Assembly: GCA_036172245.1 (NCBI GenBank)
Contig: JAYWIR010000050.1
Coordinates: 1,054,001 to 1,118,000, forward strand
DNA: 64,000 nt
Direction: 5' to 3'
Origin: Raillietiella orientalis
Lineage: Eukaryota
Shown here: positions 51,401-64,000 of the stretch, one piece after another
How the letters are laid out: each line of letters starts with the position of its first letter
How positions within the stretch are numbered: the stretch's first letter is position 1
Position numbers and translations under genes: made by a program
The notes under the pieces: model-generated
What the model saw: the letters and a program-made list of their open reading frames with translations, nothing else
Told to the model about the DNA's origin: nothing
Database searches by the model: none

Positions 51401-53922
51401 CCATTCAAGTAAACATCACATATTTATGTCAAAACTATTACATAAATGTGAAAGTATTTGCTCGTCAGTTCCCAAAAGGTGAAAATATTGGAAAATTCAC
51501 CTGCAAATGTAATACAATTATGTCCAAAATGGCAGCTGTTCAACAATCATAGGACTTCGAATGTTCAATTTGGAAAATGATCTCAAAACAAAGATTTAAG
51601 AACATTGAAAATACAAGAAAAACATACAGACATATGAGAATCTTCATGTTAACTTTAAGAAGTCACATATCAAGAAAGCTCATTTCTGACTTTTTTACAC
51701 CAATAATGACAATAATGCATGCTACTCAACATTCCCGTAACTAATACAAATTATTACTCACTCAGCATAGTACTTTATTTACTGATATTCCGTTAGTTCA
51801 CTGTAAATTAAAATAATTATTGATCAATCTGTCCACATTTCAAAATCCTAGCACAGAATGACTGGGACACAGTTTTATTGCATTTTTAAATATAAAGAAG
51901 AAAAGAAGGTAATTACTAAATGAAATAAAGCTAATAAAAAACGCCAAATGCGGAATTCGAACTATTCCTTTTCCATTTAGTGTTTCTATTTATGCTCATT
52001 TGTAAGCTGTATTGTTTGCATGCCTCAATTGGAAATTTAAAGTATAAATGCTGTTTTGCTCATTAATAGTAATACTGAAAATGAAAACATTTCAAGTTTC
52101 AAGTAAATTTCAAGTAACCAAGTAATTATGACTTTGGTGCAACTAAAGGCCAATAACCTTCATCTCATATTAAAAATGAAAATCCATGTGCGTATTCTGA
52201 ATGCATAAAATGTACCATTCAATTTATACTGATTCGAATTAGCAACTTGACTCATGAAATGAAATGGAGTAATAAAATCAACTCAATAAATTATATTTCT
52301 TGAAACAGAAAATAAGCCTGGATCACAACATAAAACAAATTCTGCTTTCAATTCAAATAATTAAAAGTTATGATTAGTGATTAGCACTGATGAGATATAA
52401 GGATCTTTAATCTCTGAGCCAAGCACACTGTCCACATTATCCTGAAATCTGATTATCATAGTATTATCAAAAGGAATATCTTTACAGAGTTGAGCTTCTA
52501 AACCATGTAGACAGTCCAGGAAATTCTGAAATCTATTTATCATAAGATTATGAAAAGCAATATGTTTACAGAGCTAACTGAAGAAAAAGATATGGTTTCT
52601 TAGGGAAATTAGAAGTATAAAATCCAAACAGCCACCAGAATAAATCATGCATCAAATATTCACTATACCAAATTATTTATGACGAAACTACCCAAAAAAC
52701 TAAGTAATCAGCTCTTAATTGAAATCACTAATAACATGGAAATCATTAGCTACCATCAAGAATATGAATACCTTAAACAAACATACTTTGAAAAATGTTT
52801 AGAAATGAACGAATGTATGAATGTTTACAGCTACTATATGCTAGCAAAAAGCATAATATGGTTTTAATTCCAGACTCAACCAGTTTTGATGCAAAAATCA
52901 GCTTGTTAAAGAAAACAAGAAATGAATTCACTTAAAAGTGAAATTCAACAATGCAATTACGAAAAATCATGTGAAGGCATGACAAGATAGACAAGCATGC
53001 TGGCAACACACTGCCTATAGTGGAACACAAAAATAACATGAAACTAAATGAACATCCGAGAGCATCAACCATTTCATTTCCAAATAATATCAGTAACAGA
53101 CAAATACATGTCAGTTATTTTGCAATGCATAAAAGCAGGTATAAATTTCTCGTTAAAAAACAACTAGCTGTTTTCTAAGAATGAATAAGCTGTTCGAAAA
53201 TACTCAAAAAAAAAAAAAACGAAAAAAATACATATTTTAAAATTTAACTGAAACCATCACATGGATGGGCAACCATAGAATCCCAAAACTATAATACTAG
53301 TGTACAATAACAAACAAAACTCATGAGCATGCTTCAATATTATTGCATCACAATGTGGATGACCACACATAAAAATCATATAACAATTTCATCTCCCAAT
53401 GTTTTGCAAGTCAATGAAATAAGTGTACCTAAAACAGAAATAATATAAGAACTTTAATTAAACTTACCTACATAAGCCCCAATTTCAGAGAGTTTAGCCT
53501 TAACTGCTGACTGAAAGACAAGAAACAAATCTACAGTATCCACAAACAGTATTCAGAAATCATCTATTTTTAGGATAAAATAATGAAAAATTAATCAATA
53601 CTCCTAATGATCGACAAAGAGCACACAGAATTCAATTTATCCATTGAATACACTTCAACTGTTTGCATGTGTTTCTGCAATTCGAGTACATTTTGAAACG
53701 GAGAAACACAAAAGAAACTTCCCAAATTCTTTCAACTTGTTTTCAATCACAAGTAACTCAAGGACTTAACATTTACGAATGACGGATTAATGGATATGCT
53801 CATCCCGAAACTTCATTATCAATGTATGATTGGGTTTCAAAGTAAACCACCAAACCTCAACAAGCAAGTAATACAAAACAACTTACCTTTAGCTTTTGGG
53901 TAACTTCTGTTACTAATTCCAT
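48463..53922 (-). CDS. ZC3H14: Zinc finger CCCH poly(A)-binding protein ZC3H14/Nab2; exons 53922-53887, 53510-53468, 50144-49983, 49939-49740, 49680-48625, 48576-48463
   Basis: MELVTEVTQKLKSAVKAKLSEIGAYVDEELPEYIMVLIANKKS..LSLFLG PWI-like N-terminus, PSFIVTLNG, five CCCH fingers, LKW end; canonical in-frame introns. Confidence 0.94.
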
Positions 53923-54218
53923 TTCAATTTGTTGCATTCAAAACTTTATAAAAACAAATTTTATAAAAAATACTGGATCTCATATCACTTTGGAAATCAG
54001 AATTTGATTTTCTTCTGAAAGGCTGCTTTTCCTTTTAAAACATTGGTGTGTTGTGCACCTACAAATGAAACTGATTTCAGAAAAGGCAGTGGCGGTTCCG
54101 ATTAGTGCAACTGATCAGAAGGACGCAATTAAGCACACAATGTTTGAAACCTGAAGAGGAGTTTCACTTGCATTTCTGTGTGGTCACAAATTGCAGCCCA
54201 ATGCACTGATGAGTGGCG

Positions 54219-54238
54219 CACACACACACACACACACA
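54219..54238. repeat. (CA)n microsatellite
   Basis: Directly visible. Confidence 0.9.
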
Positions 54239-54347
54239 AACTCACAACCATCCATAAAACATACATTGTCTACATGTTGCTGCCCACTTGTCGTATGTGA
54301 AAAAGACAAAATGCTAAACGTCGTTCCCTTTCTTTTTCTTTCTTGCT

Positions 54348-54379
<32 letters not shown>

Positions 54380-54891
54380 CAAAAACAAAAAAAAAAAACC
54401 GAAAGTGAGGATTGACAATTCTACTTTGTTTTGAACGTAATATAGTGAGATGTGCTCATTATTCACGCACAATCAACAAAAATGTAACCGTTACAGCACT
54501 GCAAGTTTCAAAGAAGCACATAAGCACATAGGGATGGAAGGGAAAGCAAAACAAAACAAAAAAAGTGGTGTCGATAAATAGAAAGGACCCGTTCCTGTCG
54601 CTACAAATGAGGCAAATTGCAAAAGAAGGATAGTTCGTGCGTGAGCACTCATTTGCCTGACAGCGAGAGGACTTCCGCCGTTCGAAAATTTTTGCACAGT
54701 TCTTCGTTCTGTGCTGCATCGGCACGTGGACGTGAATGGGCCAGGGGTCATGAGAAATTCCTTGGTCTCACTCTTGCCCTTTGAAGCACAAACTCGAAAG
54801 CACGAGGCGACAACGCGTTCTGAACGCAGCACTTGCAACAAACTTCAGCTAGGACCGCACACACCAAACGTCGGAAAAAAGAAAGAAAGAG

Positions 54892-54922
<31 letters not shown>

Positions 54923-57900
54923 CCGGTACCCACATCTGCACTGTGCTAAATGATTTCTGCTAGATGGTCTTAAAACTGCTGCCAAATTACTCTAATGAGG
55001 AGCAGCATAGAGCAAGGCGACGGAGCACTAAAGTCACTAGGACGGATAGGTGGTCAGAACACATTCAGGTATTTCATGGATCGATACGCTGCATATTTGG
55101 CTTGGATCTTGCTGTGGACTGCAGAAACCCCGAGGGAAAAACTGCTTTCATAATTTGCAGCCATCTGCCCGCGAATCCAGCAAGTCCGTGAAGTGAAAAT
55201 CGAGATTCCACTACAGCCTGCCTCGACGATCAGGTGCCGCAGGGAGACTTCGTACACAGAAACCAAAATACCCAACAGAAGAATGCAAAACTGTACGGAA
55301 GATTGAATCAACAAGGTTGCTTTAGGGCATGCAAAACAAACTTTTGATTTCGCGGATCGGAAGGGCAATCACAACAATCCGAGGGCAACGACGATCATTG
55401 CATTCCGACTCGTAAGACCAACCCGCTAAATCTGAACCATAAGCCTTTCTTCGAAACAAGATCGAAACCGAAAATGCCACTTCTTACAGAGCCTGGTACG
55501 AAAAATCCTTCTTGTGTAAGAATTCGATTCGCCAATCTTTTAATTTCGCAGAGAGGACGAAAGTCTTCAGAGAATGAACCTTCCAGGTATCAAGAGTACA
55601 AATATTTGGACAAAAGACAGGAGCCAAATATCAGACAAACAGAGCACCTTCACTCTTGAAACCTGTGTGTGTGTTTTCAACGAAAACATCCCAGGATGTC
55701 GAGATCTAAAGATCCAAAGTGTGCTAACATTATTTTAAATAGTGTTGGCTCTTCCTGTTTTCCCGATTCACAGTGAGAGCTTTTTTCCTAAATTATTCTA
55801 CGAGCCGTGCTACGCAGAAACTTTCGTTGATACCGTGGAAAGAATTCTTGAGATGCGTTTACGAAGTGCAGGCAGCAGATTTCATCCATGCCGTGTGAGA
55901 ACGGACCTCTCCGTAAAGATATTCGTTTGACCTTCCTCAAAGACTTGTCCTGAACTGTCTTTGGATGGAATGAACGGAAAAGCTCTTCCGAGTGAGTCAT
56001 TTGCTAGTACGCTTCTCGTTAGCGTTCCAGTAAAAAAGATCGTTCTCTCCTGACAAAGGGGACAGTTTGGTCGAAAAAGGGCTGCACCCTCTGTTGATAT
56101 GAAGTTCTCTTCCGTAAATGTTGAGATGAAAAGCTTTTAAAAACCTACGAAAGTCCATTGTCTTTTGCATAGTGACGTAGGGAGACGAAGCTCCGTATAT
56201 TTTCGTCACTCAACTTGATTTCTTCAGGATATGCAAAATCGAGAAATCGAAACGCGCTCTTTGCAATAGAAGAGGCAGAATCAAAGATTCCAAAAACGTG
56301 CAACGGCCATCACCACTGAAGCACGTTTTAAGATCTTGCTGGATGAGTCTCGCCTTGCAGCCGAGGATTGATCGATGAAATCGAGAAATATGAGCACGCT
56401 GGTGGATATCAGGGGAAAAAAAAGTATGTTTCTATAACGAATAGAAATCGTTTGTTCATTCAGTTCGTGCAAAATAGCGGAACTATCGAATATACAATTG
56501 CGTGATTTTATTGCTGATTAATACCTTAAAAAAATAGTTGATATGACTGCATCTTAGAAAAGCATCATCAAGAGGCTGCAAACATTTGATTTCATAAACG
56601 TTAAGGACAACTGGAAAAATTCAATGCCATTTACTTTCAATTACAGAAGGCGCTTAAGATCGAAAGCATTTTCTATCGACGCAGTAACGTCGCCACCAAA
56701 AGGGACGCAAATATTTGCAGTTCGAAGAGTGTGAACTCGAGCGACATTCAGATCAAATACTAATTTCAGAGTTTGCTGCACATTCAGGCACAAAGTGGAC
56801 AAAAATTATTCTGAACAAATAGAAATGCGATGGAACGTGGTGGCATAAATTTCCACTCGGATACATACCCTGCATTTGTGCTTATCTTACGGAGAAGATG
56901 TATGACACCCGAAACAGGAAAAAAAAAGTGTGACTGTGTGATGTAAAGAAGTCTGCTGAAAGGTATCTTTCCTTTAGAGCATACTAAAGGAAAGGTATTT
57001 TTTTTGTTGTCCTGAAGATGGAAACCAACTGTATCAGCCATACATTAGGCTTTTCTCTGCAAGTAATCCTACTAAGTAGTGAGTAAAGGTTCAATTGCGA
57101 ATTTCAACTAAAATAAATTTGGAAATTTATTTTGTCCGCATCTCAATCACAGAGAGATGTGTAGGAAAACTTTTTCCATCTTACGCAAAAATCTTTCGAC
57201 TTTACTAAAAAATGGCACGGCAATTCGTGTCATTACCATCCCTAACGCGCTTAAATTCAACAAATTTCAGCGTCGAAGTACACTGAGATGCCCTAACAAA
57301 TGTGCCGCGATTTCCCATTTTTTTGGAAGGGTTTCTCATGAAAAAGAACGTGTGAGGATATACAAGAGTATACTCAAAGAGTATACACAAGTTCCCCCAT
57401 TCACACAACTCGATTAATACTCATCTCTCTGAAGAACAAAAATGAGTCCCACCAAGGAAAGGATTAATCCTGAGAGAAAACTGGAATGTTTGCTCGAAGG
57501 GAGGATGGGCTGCTGTTCCCGAAAACGTACGGAAAATCCCTTCGACTGACCACAAAACTCACCTCCTACCAAATTTCGTGATCGATCGGTGAGCTGATTC
57601 GGCACCCACCTACGCCCTTGCTGCAATTTCACACCAACCATACCCATAACACGAAACCACATGCCAGGAATTCTACATCTCCGTTCCATAGTTTGAATTG
57701 GATCCAAGTGGCTCTCTTTAGAAGGGAACATCGTAAAATTGTCAATTCAAGAACTAAATAATTCTTACTTTTCTTTAATATAAAGTAGCTGAATAGACGC
57801 AAGCATTTACATAAAACAAAGGACATTAGGAAAACCGTAAAACTGAAATCTGCCTGTTTCTAACGATGTAACACTGATGCTGCCTTCCTCTTAAACATAT

Positions 57901-57975
57901 ATCTTGAACATTGCAACGGCTGCTTCTTGGATTGAACTAGAAGAATAAGTTAAACGCCGAATTCTTAGCTGTGCT

Positions 57976-58453
57976 TTTACCCGGTAACGCCGGGGTCTTT
58001 ATTTACAAAAGAAGTTCAAAAGTTTATGAAAAAACTCACAATTCATCGGAAAGTGAGTTACTAGAAAACATCAACAACAAAAGAAGTTCCCAGGACACGA
58101 TGGACGGATTTTTTAAGGACGTCCAGAGTGGGAGGAAGGGGACAGTGATAAATTATAGCTTAAAATAAAATGGGAGGGGTGGGGATCGTGTTCCTTGGGA
58201 TGGAACGCTCCTTCGTCGCTAAGACTGGCTTTGCATGCTGGAGATCTCCCTCGTGACTTCTTGCTCCAAATGAGACCACCTTATTTTCTCCGGAAGCAGA
58301 CCTGCGAGCCGGTGGTCATGCATGTTAAACTTCATTTTGGCAAGGGGCAGGGAGTTTCTTGTTTCTTGAGGGGGCACCCTTCTTTCCCTCAGACTTGTGG
58401 GATATTTTGTTTGTCTGTTGCAAAATAAATGTTCCGGCGTAACCGGGTTAAAA
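57976..58453. mobile_element. Two family B-like 3' fragments joined back to back
   Basis: Minus-strand end aataaagaccccggcgttaccgggtaaa (~58004-57977) and plus-strand end aataaatgttccggcgtaaccgggttaaa (~58424-58452). Confidence 0.65.
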
Positions 58454-58454
58454 C

Positions 58455-59245
58455 ACCATCAGTTCCTGTGCCTGCAGCCGAGAGAAGGCCTAGAGCCTTT
58501 GTGGTCAAAGTTGATGTGCATAAAGTGTTCGACTGCGTCAATCAGGAACTCCTCTTGCAGCTCCTGGAGCGCCTCGGACTCCCGACGCACCTCCTAGCTG
58601 TTGATGGCGCAACGCGTTACTCAGTATTGGTTTCAGCGGCTGTCACGTGCACGGCGCCGCCATTCGCAGAAGCATCAGGCAGGGAGACAGCTTAAGACCT
58701 CTGCTCTTCAGCATCTACTTTGAGTTGGTGCTGAGATCATAAAGGAAGACTCTGGTAGCCCTGCCAAGATCGTGTCCAGGTACACCTTCCGTGTCGGTCT
58801 ACATCCACGATCTCGCGATCCTGCTTCCGTCCCGCCCGATCAGGAGGCGGGAGCTACGGCGCCGATTTCCCAGGAATGACACCTGGGCTCTCCTCCTACC
58901 GCCGAATCCTCTTGGCCTGTTGGAAAGTCAACGAGATGCAGGACGACGGCAGAAGACGAGATCACCACTGTGGCGTTGCGGTTCTCGCAAATCTTGTGGG
59001 GGGTGGACTACCGTGTGAAGCCAACCGTCGAAGCAGCCGCAAGGAACGTGCTCTTCGACAGGAAAGGTCGGGTCATCCGGCGGATTCTCAGGTGAAACCA
59101 CTCGATCGACCACCTCCGTAACCAACCTGTACGCTCCCAGCGGCAAAAACGGGTACGCGAAGAGAGCCGCGTTCTGGAACGACCTGAAGCGCCAATGGTT
59201 GGTCGAGGCAGGTGTGCGCAAAGCGCCCATGGTAGGCGGAAACTT
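58455..59245 (+). mobile_element. Decayed family B RT fragment
   Basis: DVHKVFDCVNQELLLQLLERLGLP and IRQGDSLRPLLFSIYFELVLR resemble the 30-kb copy. Confidence 0.8.
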
Positions 59246-59249
59246 CAAT

Positions 59250-62200
59250 TTTCCCCAAGTCTTACAAGGGGTGGGGTAAATTTATTTACCTACAATTCAA
59301 ACACTTTCATTTGCACTGTTTGGGGTTTCAAAAGTTTCTGTACTTTAAGGTGGTTTCCTTCGTGTTGTTGCCTGAGCGTCGTCCTCAATCCTCTTGAGGA
59401 TGTAACGGTACGTCCAGGCCTGGACTCTACCACAATTCCTAATGCCTATCTTCTTCTGGATTAATCCTTGGAGAATCTCCATCGGAGGTGCGGCTCTTCT
59501 GGCTTTCCTCATTTTCCTCCACCGCACAAGTATAGCGGTGATGAAGAGGGCTATGGTCGTCCTTACCATCGGGTTGTAGCAGGGAACATTTCCAGTTCCC
59601 TGAAACATCCCGGCAAGTATTTCCATCACTGAAGTGGTGTTCCTTCCTATGATCCTTTTCAGGATCAGCCAGTCTCGAAGCAGTGTGGGACATGTCAAGA
59701 CGTGTAGTCTCGTATCTATGTCTCCACATGCCTGGCAGTCTTCATCTTCCCTTTTTCCAGTGAAGTACTTTAATCGTGATCCACTCAGAATTCGTCCACG
59801 GTAAAACATCAGGAGGTTATCCTGGGTATCCGGTGGAAGGTCACTCCATAGCGTCGTGCCAATCGCTAACAGGTTGATCCTGTCACTCTCGTAGCGATCG
59901 GCGGCTTCCTGGAGGGCACTGATGTCTTGGTCCTCTTCTTCTATTATGCGACGGAGGTTCTGTTTATTCACTCTGGACCACGCAAAGTCATTGTGGTTTT
60001 TCCACACCTCGCGTGTCCTATGGGTGAATCTCCCTAACATCATTCTCTATAAACGACACCCAGGTGATTAAGTGCAGTGAACCTTCCAGAGACCCAGAGA
60101 AGCAGACTTCAAGTGAACACTAGTGAACTCATATGCAGTTTTTGTGCAATTTGTATGAATGAGATTGTAGTATGAATGAAAAAAGAGAAAATAAATCCAC
60201 CTCACCCCTTGTGGGACTTGGGGAAACTCTCTATATACTGAAGTATACGAGTATGATGTAGGTATCCTCCTCTTCTCCATTCCTGGATTCGTTGCAGGGT
60301 AACTCTGGTCCGCTGGTAGATCCAGCTTCTCGTGTCCTGGGGCACTGGAAGCATCCACGGGATCACCAGGATGGATTTCTCCTGCCAGAGTTCCTTGCTT
60401 CTGGGTACGATTTTAAGTTGGTGTTTCCGTACCAGTCGTTGTTTTCTCCTCCAGGTGGGGTCAATGGTGAACCATTCCCCTGCTCGACCCTCTTCTAGCA
60501 GTGCAGTCATCAGGCCTTTCGAGTTGTTTAACAACATCGACTTCCTTGGGATGACACAAGGGTTTCAGTCTTACTCTAGGGCGATAAGTGCCCCATAGGG
60601 TCTTACGCTGTAGCTTTTCGATCTCTCTTGTGATTTCCTTATTTGTTCTGTGGAAGGATGCTCCGAAAAGTGCCTTTGGAAGGAGTGCTCCATTCCAGAG
60701 GTTAGCCTTCCTCTTCATTTCAAAGTCTAGTTGCGTGTATCTTGCTGCTTCCTTTGCTATTTTCCCTGAGATTTCTGTCCACAGGAGCTTCGAGGCCGAA
60801 TCGTCGTCGATGTGGACTCCTAGGTGTTTGGCAGTATCCACCGTTCGGAATCCTCTCCCCGGGAGCACATAAAGATCCAGGATTCCAACAGGCAAAAGCA
60901 TTGATTCTGGGCATTGATTTGTAAGCCCAATCCTATTTCCATGAGCTCGACCACATTTAGAAGTGCTTTCTGTTCTCGTTCCCCCTTGATGAAGAACACG
61001 AGGTCGTCTGCGTAAGCTAAGTGTGTGAGCTTCTGGCCGTCAATGTTAGTCCCGTGTAACTGTCCGCTTCTGTAAATGAAAGACGACAGTGCCTCCATGT
61101 AAATGACGAACAGCATTGGACTCAATGAGTCGCCTTGACGGACTCCCCGTTCCATCCTGATAGCTGCCGTCTCTTCACCGTTGATCCCAATTCGGAAGTG
61201 CTACTTCCGGAGTATCATCCTTCTTACAAAGTTGCTGAAGTATTCCGGAAGGTCCAGCTTTTCCAGAATCTTCAGCAGCATCTCTTGATCAATAGTATCA
61301 AAGGCTCTCTCCATGAATCAAAGGCTCTCCTTCCAGTCAGTGAATACCAACACTAGGTTCTCGCGATAAATCGACAGAGTCCTGTAGTGGCTTGAGTACA
61401 CTTGACGTTGTCTGACATGTGGCGTCCGGGCACCGCACATGTCTGGACAGGAGAAATAAGCCTCGGCATTACTTTGCCTAAGCGGTTGGCCCAGATCTTT
61501 GCCAACCACTTGGCATCTGATTTCAGGATTGAGATTGGCCTCCATTGGGCAACCTTGGTTAGGTCGCCTCCTTTTGGCAGCAATCTCATCCGACTCTCGT
61601 AGAAGGATTCTGGTAACGGTCCTTCTTCTCGAATGCAGAGGGTCCGCTGGTGGAACAAACGCAGGTAGGCATGCAGGTACCGCTGGTAGTGCGTGATGGG
61701 AACACTGTCAGGGCCTGTCGCCACATCCTTGCGCAGAAACGCAGCCTTGACCTCTTCGGAGAAATCCTCTTCCATTCTCTTCTGCTGAAGGTCATCCATC
61801 TTCTTCCCTAAATGTTTCGTGAAGACTTTTTGATTTGCAAAACACAATTGTTGTCTTTGGAAGTGTTTCGTGTAGTGCCTTTGAAAGGTATCGACGATGT
61901 CTTCCGTTGTATGTCGGCTGTAGCCGCCGTATTGGATGCAGAAGATATCCGTTGCCAGCTTCCTCTTTTCTAGTACGCCGAATTCCCCTTTAACATTTCG
62001 GAACACGTACCGACTCGCGTACTGTTCGTAGTACCTTGAGAGTGAGCGGTCTTGGGTATTCAGCTCTCGGTACGCTTCCTGCCTCAACCTCTTATCTCCG
62101 AACTGCATATTGCAGAATAAATGGACCCTATGCTTCACACTGTCCCAGTCGGCGACCCTGCGGATAGTTTCATCTGGCAGAATCGCCTCGATGACCTCCT

Positions 62201-63430
62201 GGTGGCAGGGAAGCGTCTCGAACCAGGCGGGCATGCAGATGAGCGCCGCCCTGGTAGCTTTGTTTCGCCGAGGATTCTCTGTTCGTAGGGAGAACCGCGC
62301 CAACGGATGATCGGACAGCAAAGTTCGCATGTCACGAAATCCTTGTATGCGGTTCTCGATTTCCGAACTGTGCAGGACGTGGTCGATCGGCTTGTGGCTA
62401 GCTGTTTGCCACTGAAGTCCGCAATCATCGGACAGCCGCCGATACGCCGTCCTTCCTCTAGCGTCCTGGGAATGAGTGATCTTATTCAAAATATTGAGGT
62501 TGCCCGCGATGATGATAATATCCTTTGGTGCCACTCGTTTGCGGAGCGCTTCATGCAAGGCTTCCGCGCATCGATGTTTTAGTTTGTGTGGTCTGTATAC
62601 GTTCACCAGGAACAGATGAACTTTGGCGGACCACGCTAGCCGTACGCCAACAGTTCGCTCCAACATTGGACAGAAGGTTTCCAAAATGGTGTGGGCGAGC
62701 TCATTTTTAATGAGGATCGCCACACTCATGGTTTTCTTTTGTCCTTCGCTGACAAACAGTTGGCCGTTCAAGCGGCGTTCCAAGTCGAGGGTGATCTGGT
62801 ATCCCAGCTTGTGTGTTTCTTGTAAACATATTATGTCCTGTTGTGCGATGATCCTTATAATTTCTTTTCTTTTTCCCTGGTCCGTCAGTCCGTTAACGTT
62901 CCAGGAGGCGATGTTAATTCTCCTGGTGATAGATAAGAACGAGGCCATGAGGGGTTGGTTTTATTTTTTAGTTCTTCTGGTCTTCATCCGCCGAGGAGAA
63001 ACCTTCTTTCTCCCAGAAGCAGAAGGCCTTTCGCTTCCTGCATCGCTTTCTGTGCCAGTGAGGTCGGTGGTTTCTGCTCCTTGTTCCGACTGCTCACTGG
63101 CACTGGGTGGAAGCTTCTCAAGGCTCACCCTTTCGCAATATTCTGCTTTCACTTTAAGAAGCTTGTTCTCCAGCTTTTCACGATGGGTCACCTCCACCGT
63201 CCTGTTAATGTCGTCCTGGACTTCGCAAAAACGTCGAATTAATTGTTCTTGATCCTTCTTTCTCGCGATTTTTCCCCGCTGGACATCTTCTGCTAGCTTC
63301 TCTAATTCTTCGGCAACCTGCAGACTTTCCTCCGGTGCCGTGACACATTCTACCTCTACACTTTTGAAGTCCGCCATCACGCTTTCTCTACTGCTTCCTT
63401 TAACTCTTTTACCTTCTCGGGGATTTCCTT
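59250..63430 (-). mobile_element. Diverged family A copy (ORF1 3' part, ORF2, 3' UTR), disrupted
   Basis: ORFs 62948-61353, 61155-60820, 60901-60461 and 60043-59345 align with ORF2 of the 38-kb element; the ORF1 tail TGTESDAGSE is shared; 3' end aataaatttaccccacccc. Confidence 0.93.
60052..60227 (+). mobile_element. 3'-UTR-only family A insertion nested in opposite orientation
   Basis: Resembles ~43310-43465; flanked by tctctata at 60044-60051 and 60228-60235. Confidence 0.85.
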
Positions 63431-64000
63431 TTACACCCGGGTGCGCCGGGGCGTTTATTTTTTAGTAAAAACAAACAAGCAAGTGTAGGGCTATTGCCCC
63501 TACAGCGTCCTAAAAAAATGTTCTAATAAAGAGTCTGAAATTGCCGAGTAGCAAGCACGCAGGCTGGCGAGTTCGACTCGGCAGCGGGGGGGGAAAGGAC
63601 AAATAAAAACAAAAAGAAAACACTATTTACAAAAGCAGGGAGGAGTTGGGGAAGCGATCACATTCCGCTGGAGTCGTCCTCTACATCCTTTCCAGGATGC
63701 CGGCAAGTTCGGTCCGCATATGCCCCAAATGGGACCATCTGGCTGCCGTCCTTAGGAAATGTAGGGCGGAGCAGATGATGTCCCTGTCGTTCAGTCCACC
63801 AGTGGCGGTGCTCCAGGCCGCCACAATCCCTCGTAGGCAGCAAAGGGCTGCGGCAGGCCGAAGGGCGTCACGCACAAAGAGGCGCGTCAGAACGTCTCTA
63901 GGGTTGATCGTGGGTGCTCCTAGGGCCGTTGCGAAACGCAACCACAGAGACCGGAGGGCAACACAGTCAAGAAGCAGGTGCGTGAGGGTTTCCCGTTCCC
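63431..64000 (-). mobile_element. Family B 3' portion (runs off the window), abutting family A ORF1
   Basis: RLFVRDALRPAAAL..ICSALHFLRTAARW resembles the 30-kb copy; 3' end aataaacgccccggcgcacccgggtgtaaa. Confidence 0.85.

Noticed and set aside
1..64000. CRISPR arrays, rRNA or prokaryotic systems
   Set aside because: None seen; the sequence is intron-containing eukaryotic DNA.

Overview
Eukaryotic (animal, arthropod-like by protein motifs) genomic DNA. It holds seven conserved housekeeping genes: MEAK7/TLDC1 (-), FITM (-, intronless), EB1/MAPRE (+), PSMB2 (+), RTF2 (-), PELP1 (-) and ZC3H14/Nab2 (-). Most of their introns are only 36-50 nt. EB1, PSMB2 and RTF2 are packed extremely tightly, and PSMB2 has no usable ATG in the sequence as given; operon/trans-splicing or a 1-nt assembly error could explain this. 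The accessory DNA is dominated by two L1/Tx1-type non-LTR retrotransposon families. Family A has one full-length copy with a 16-bp TSD; family B has truncated, twin-primed and nested copies. Both families end in AATAAA plus a stem-loop. A tRNA-headed ~830-bp insert carrying an array of UUCG-type mini-hairpins (second copy near 6.3 kb) and a hAT/Buster remnant are also present. All homology calls come from motif recognition by eye; no search was run.
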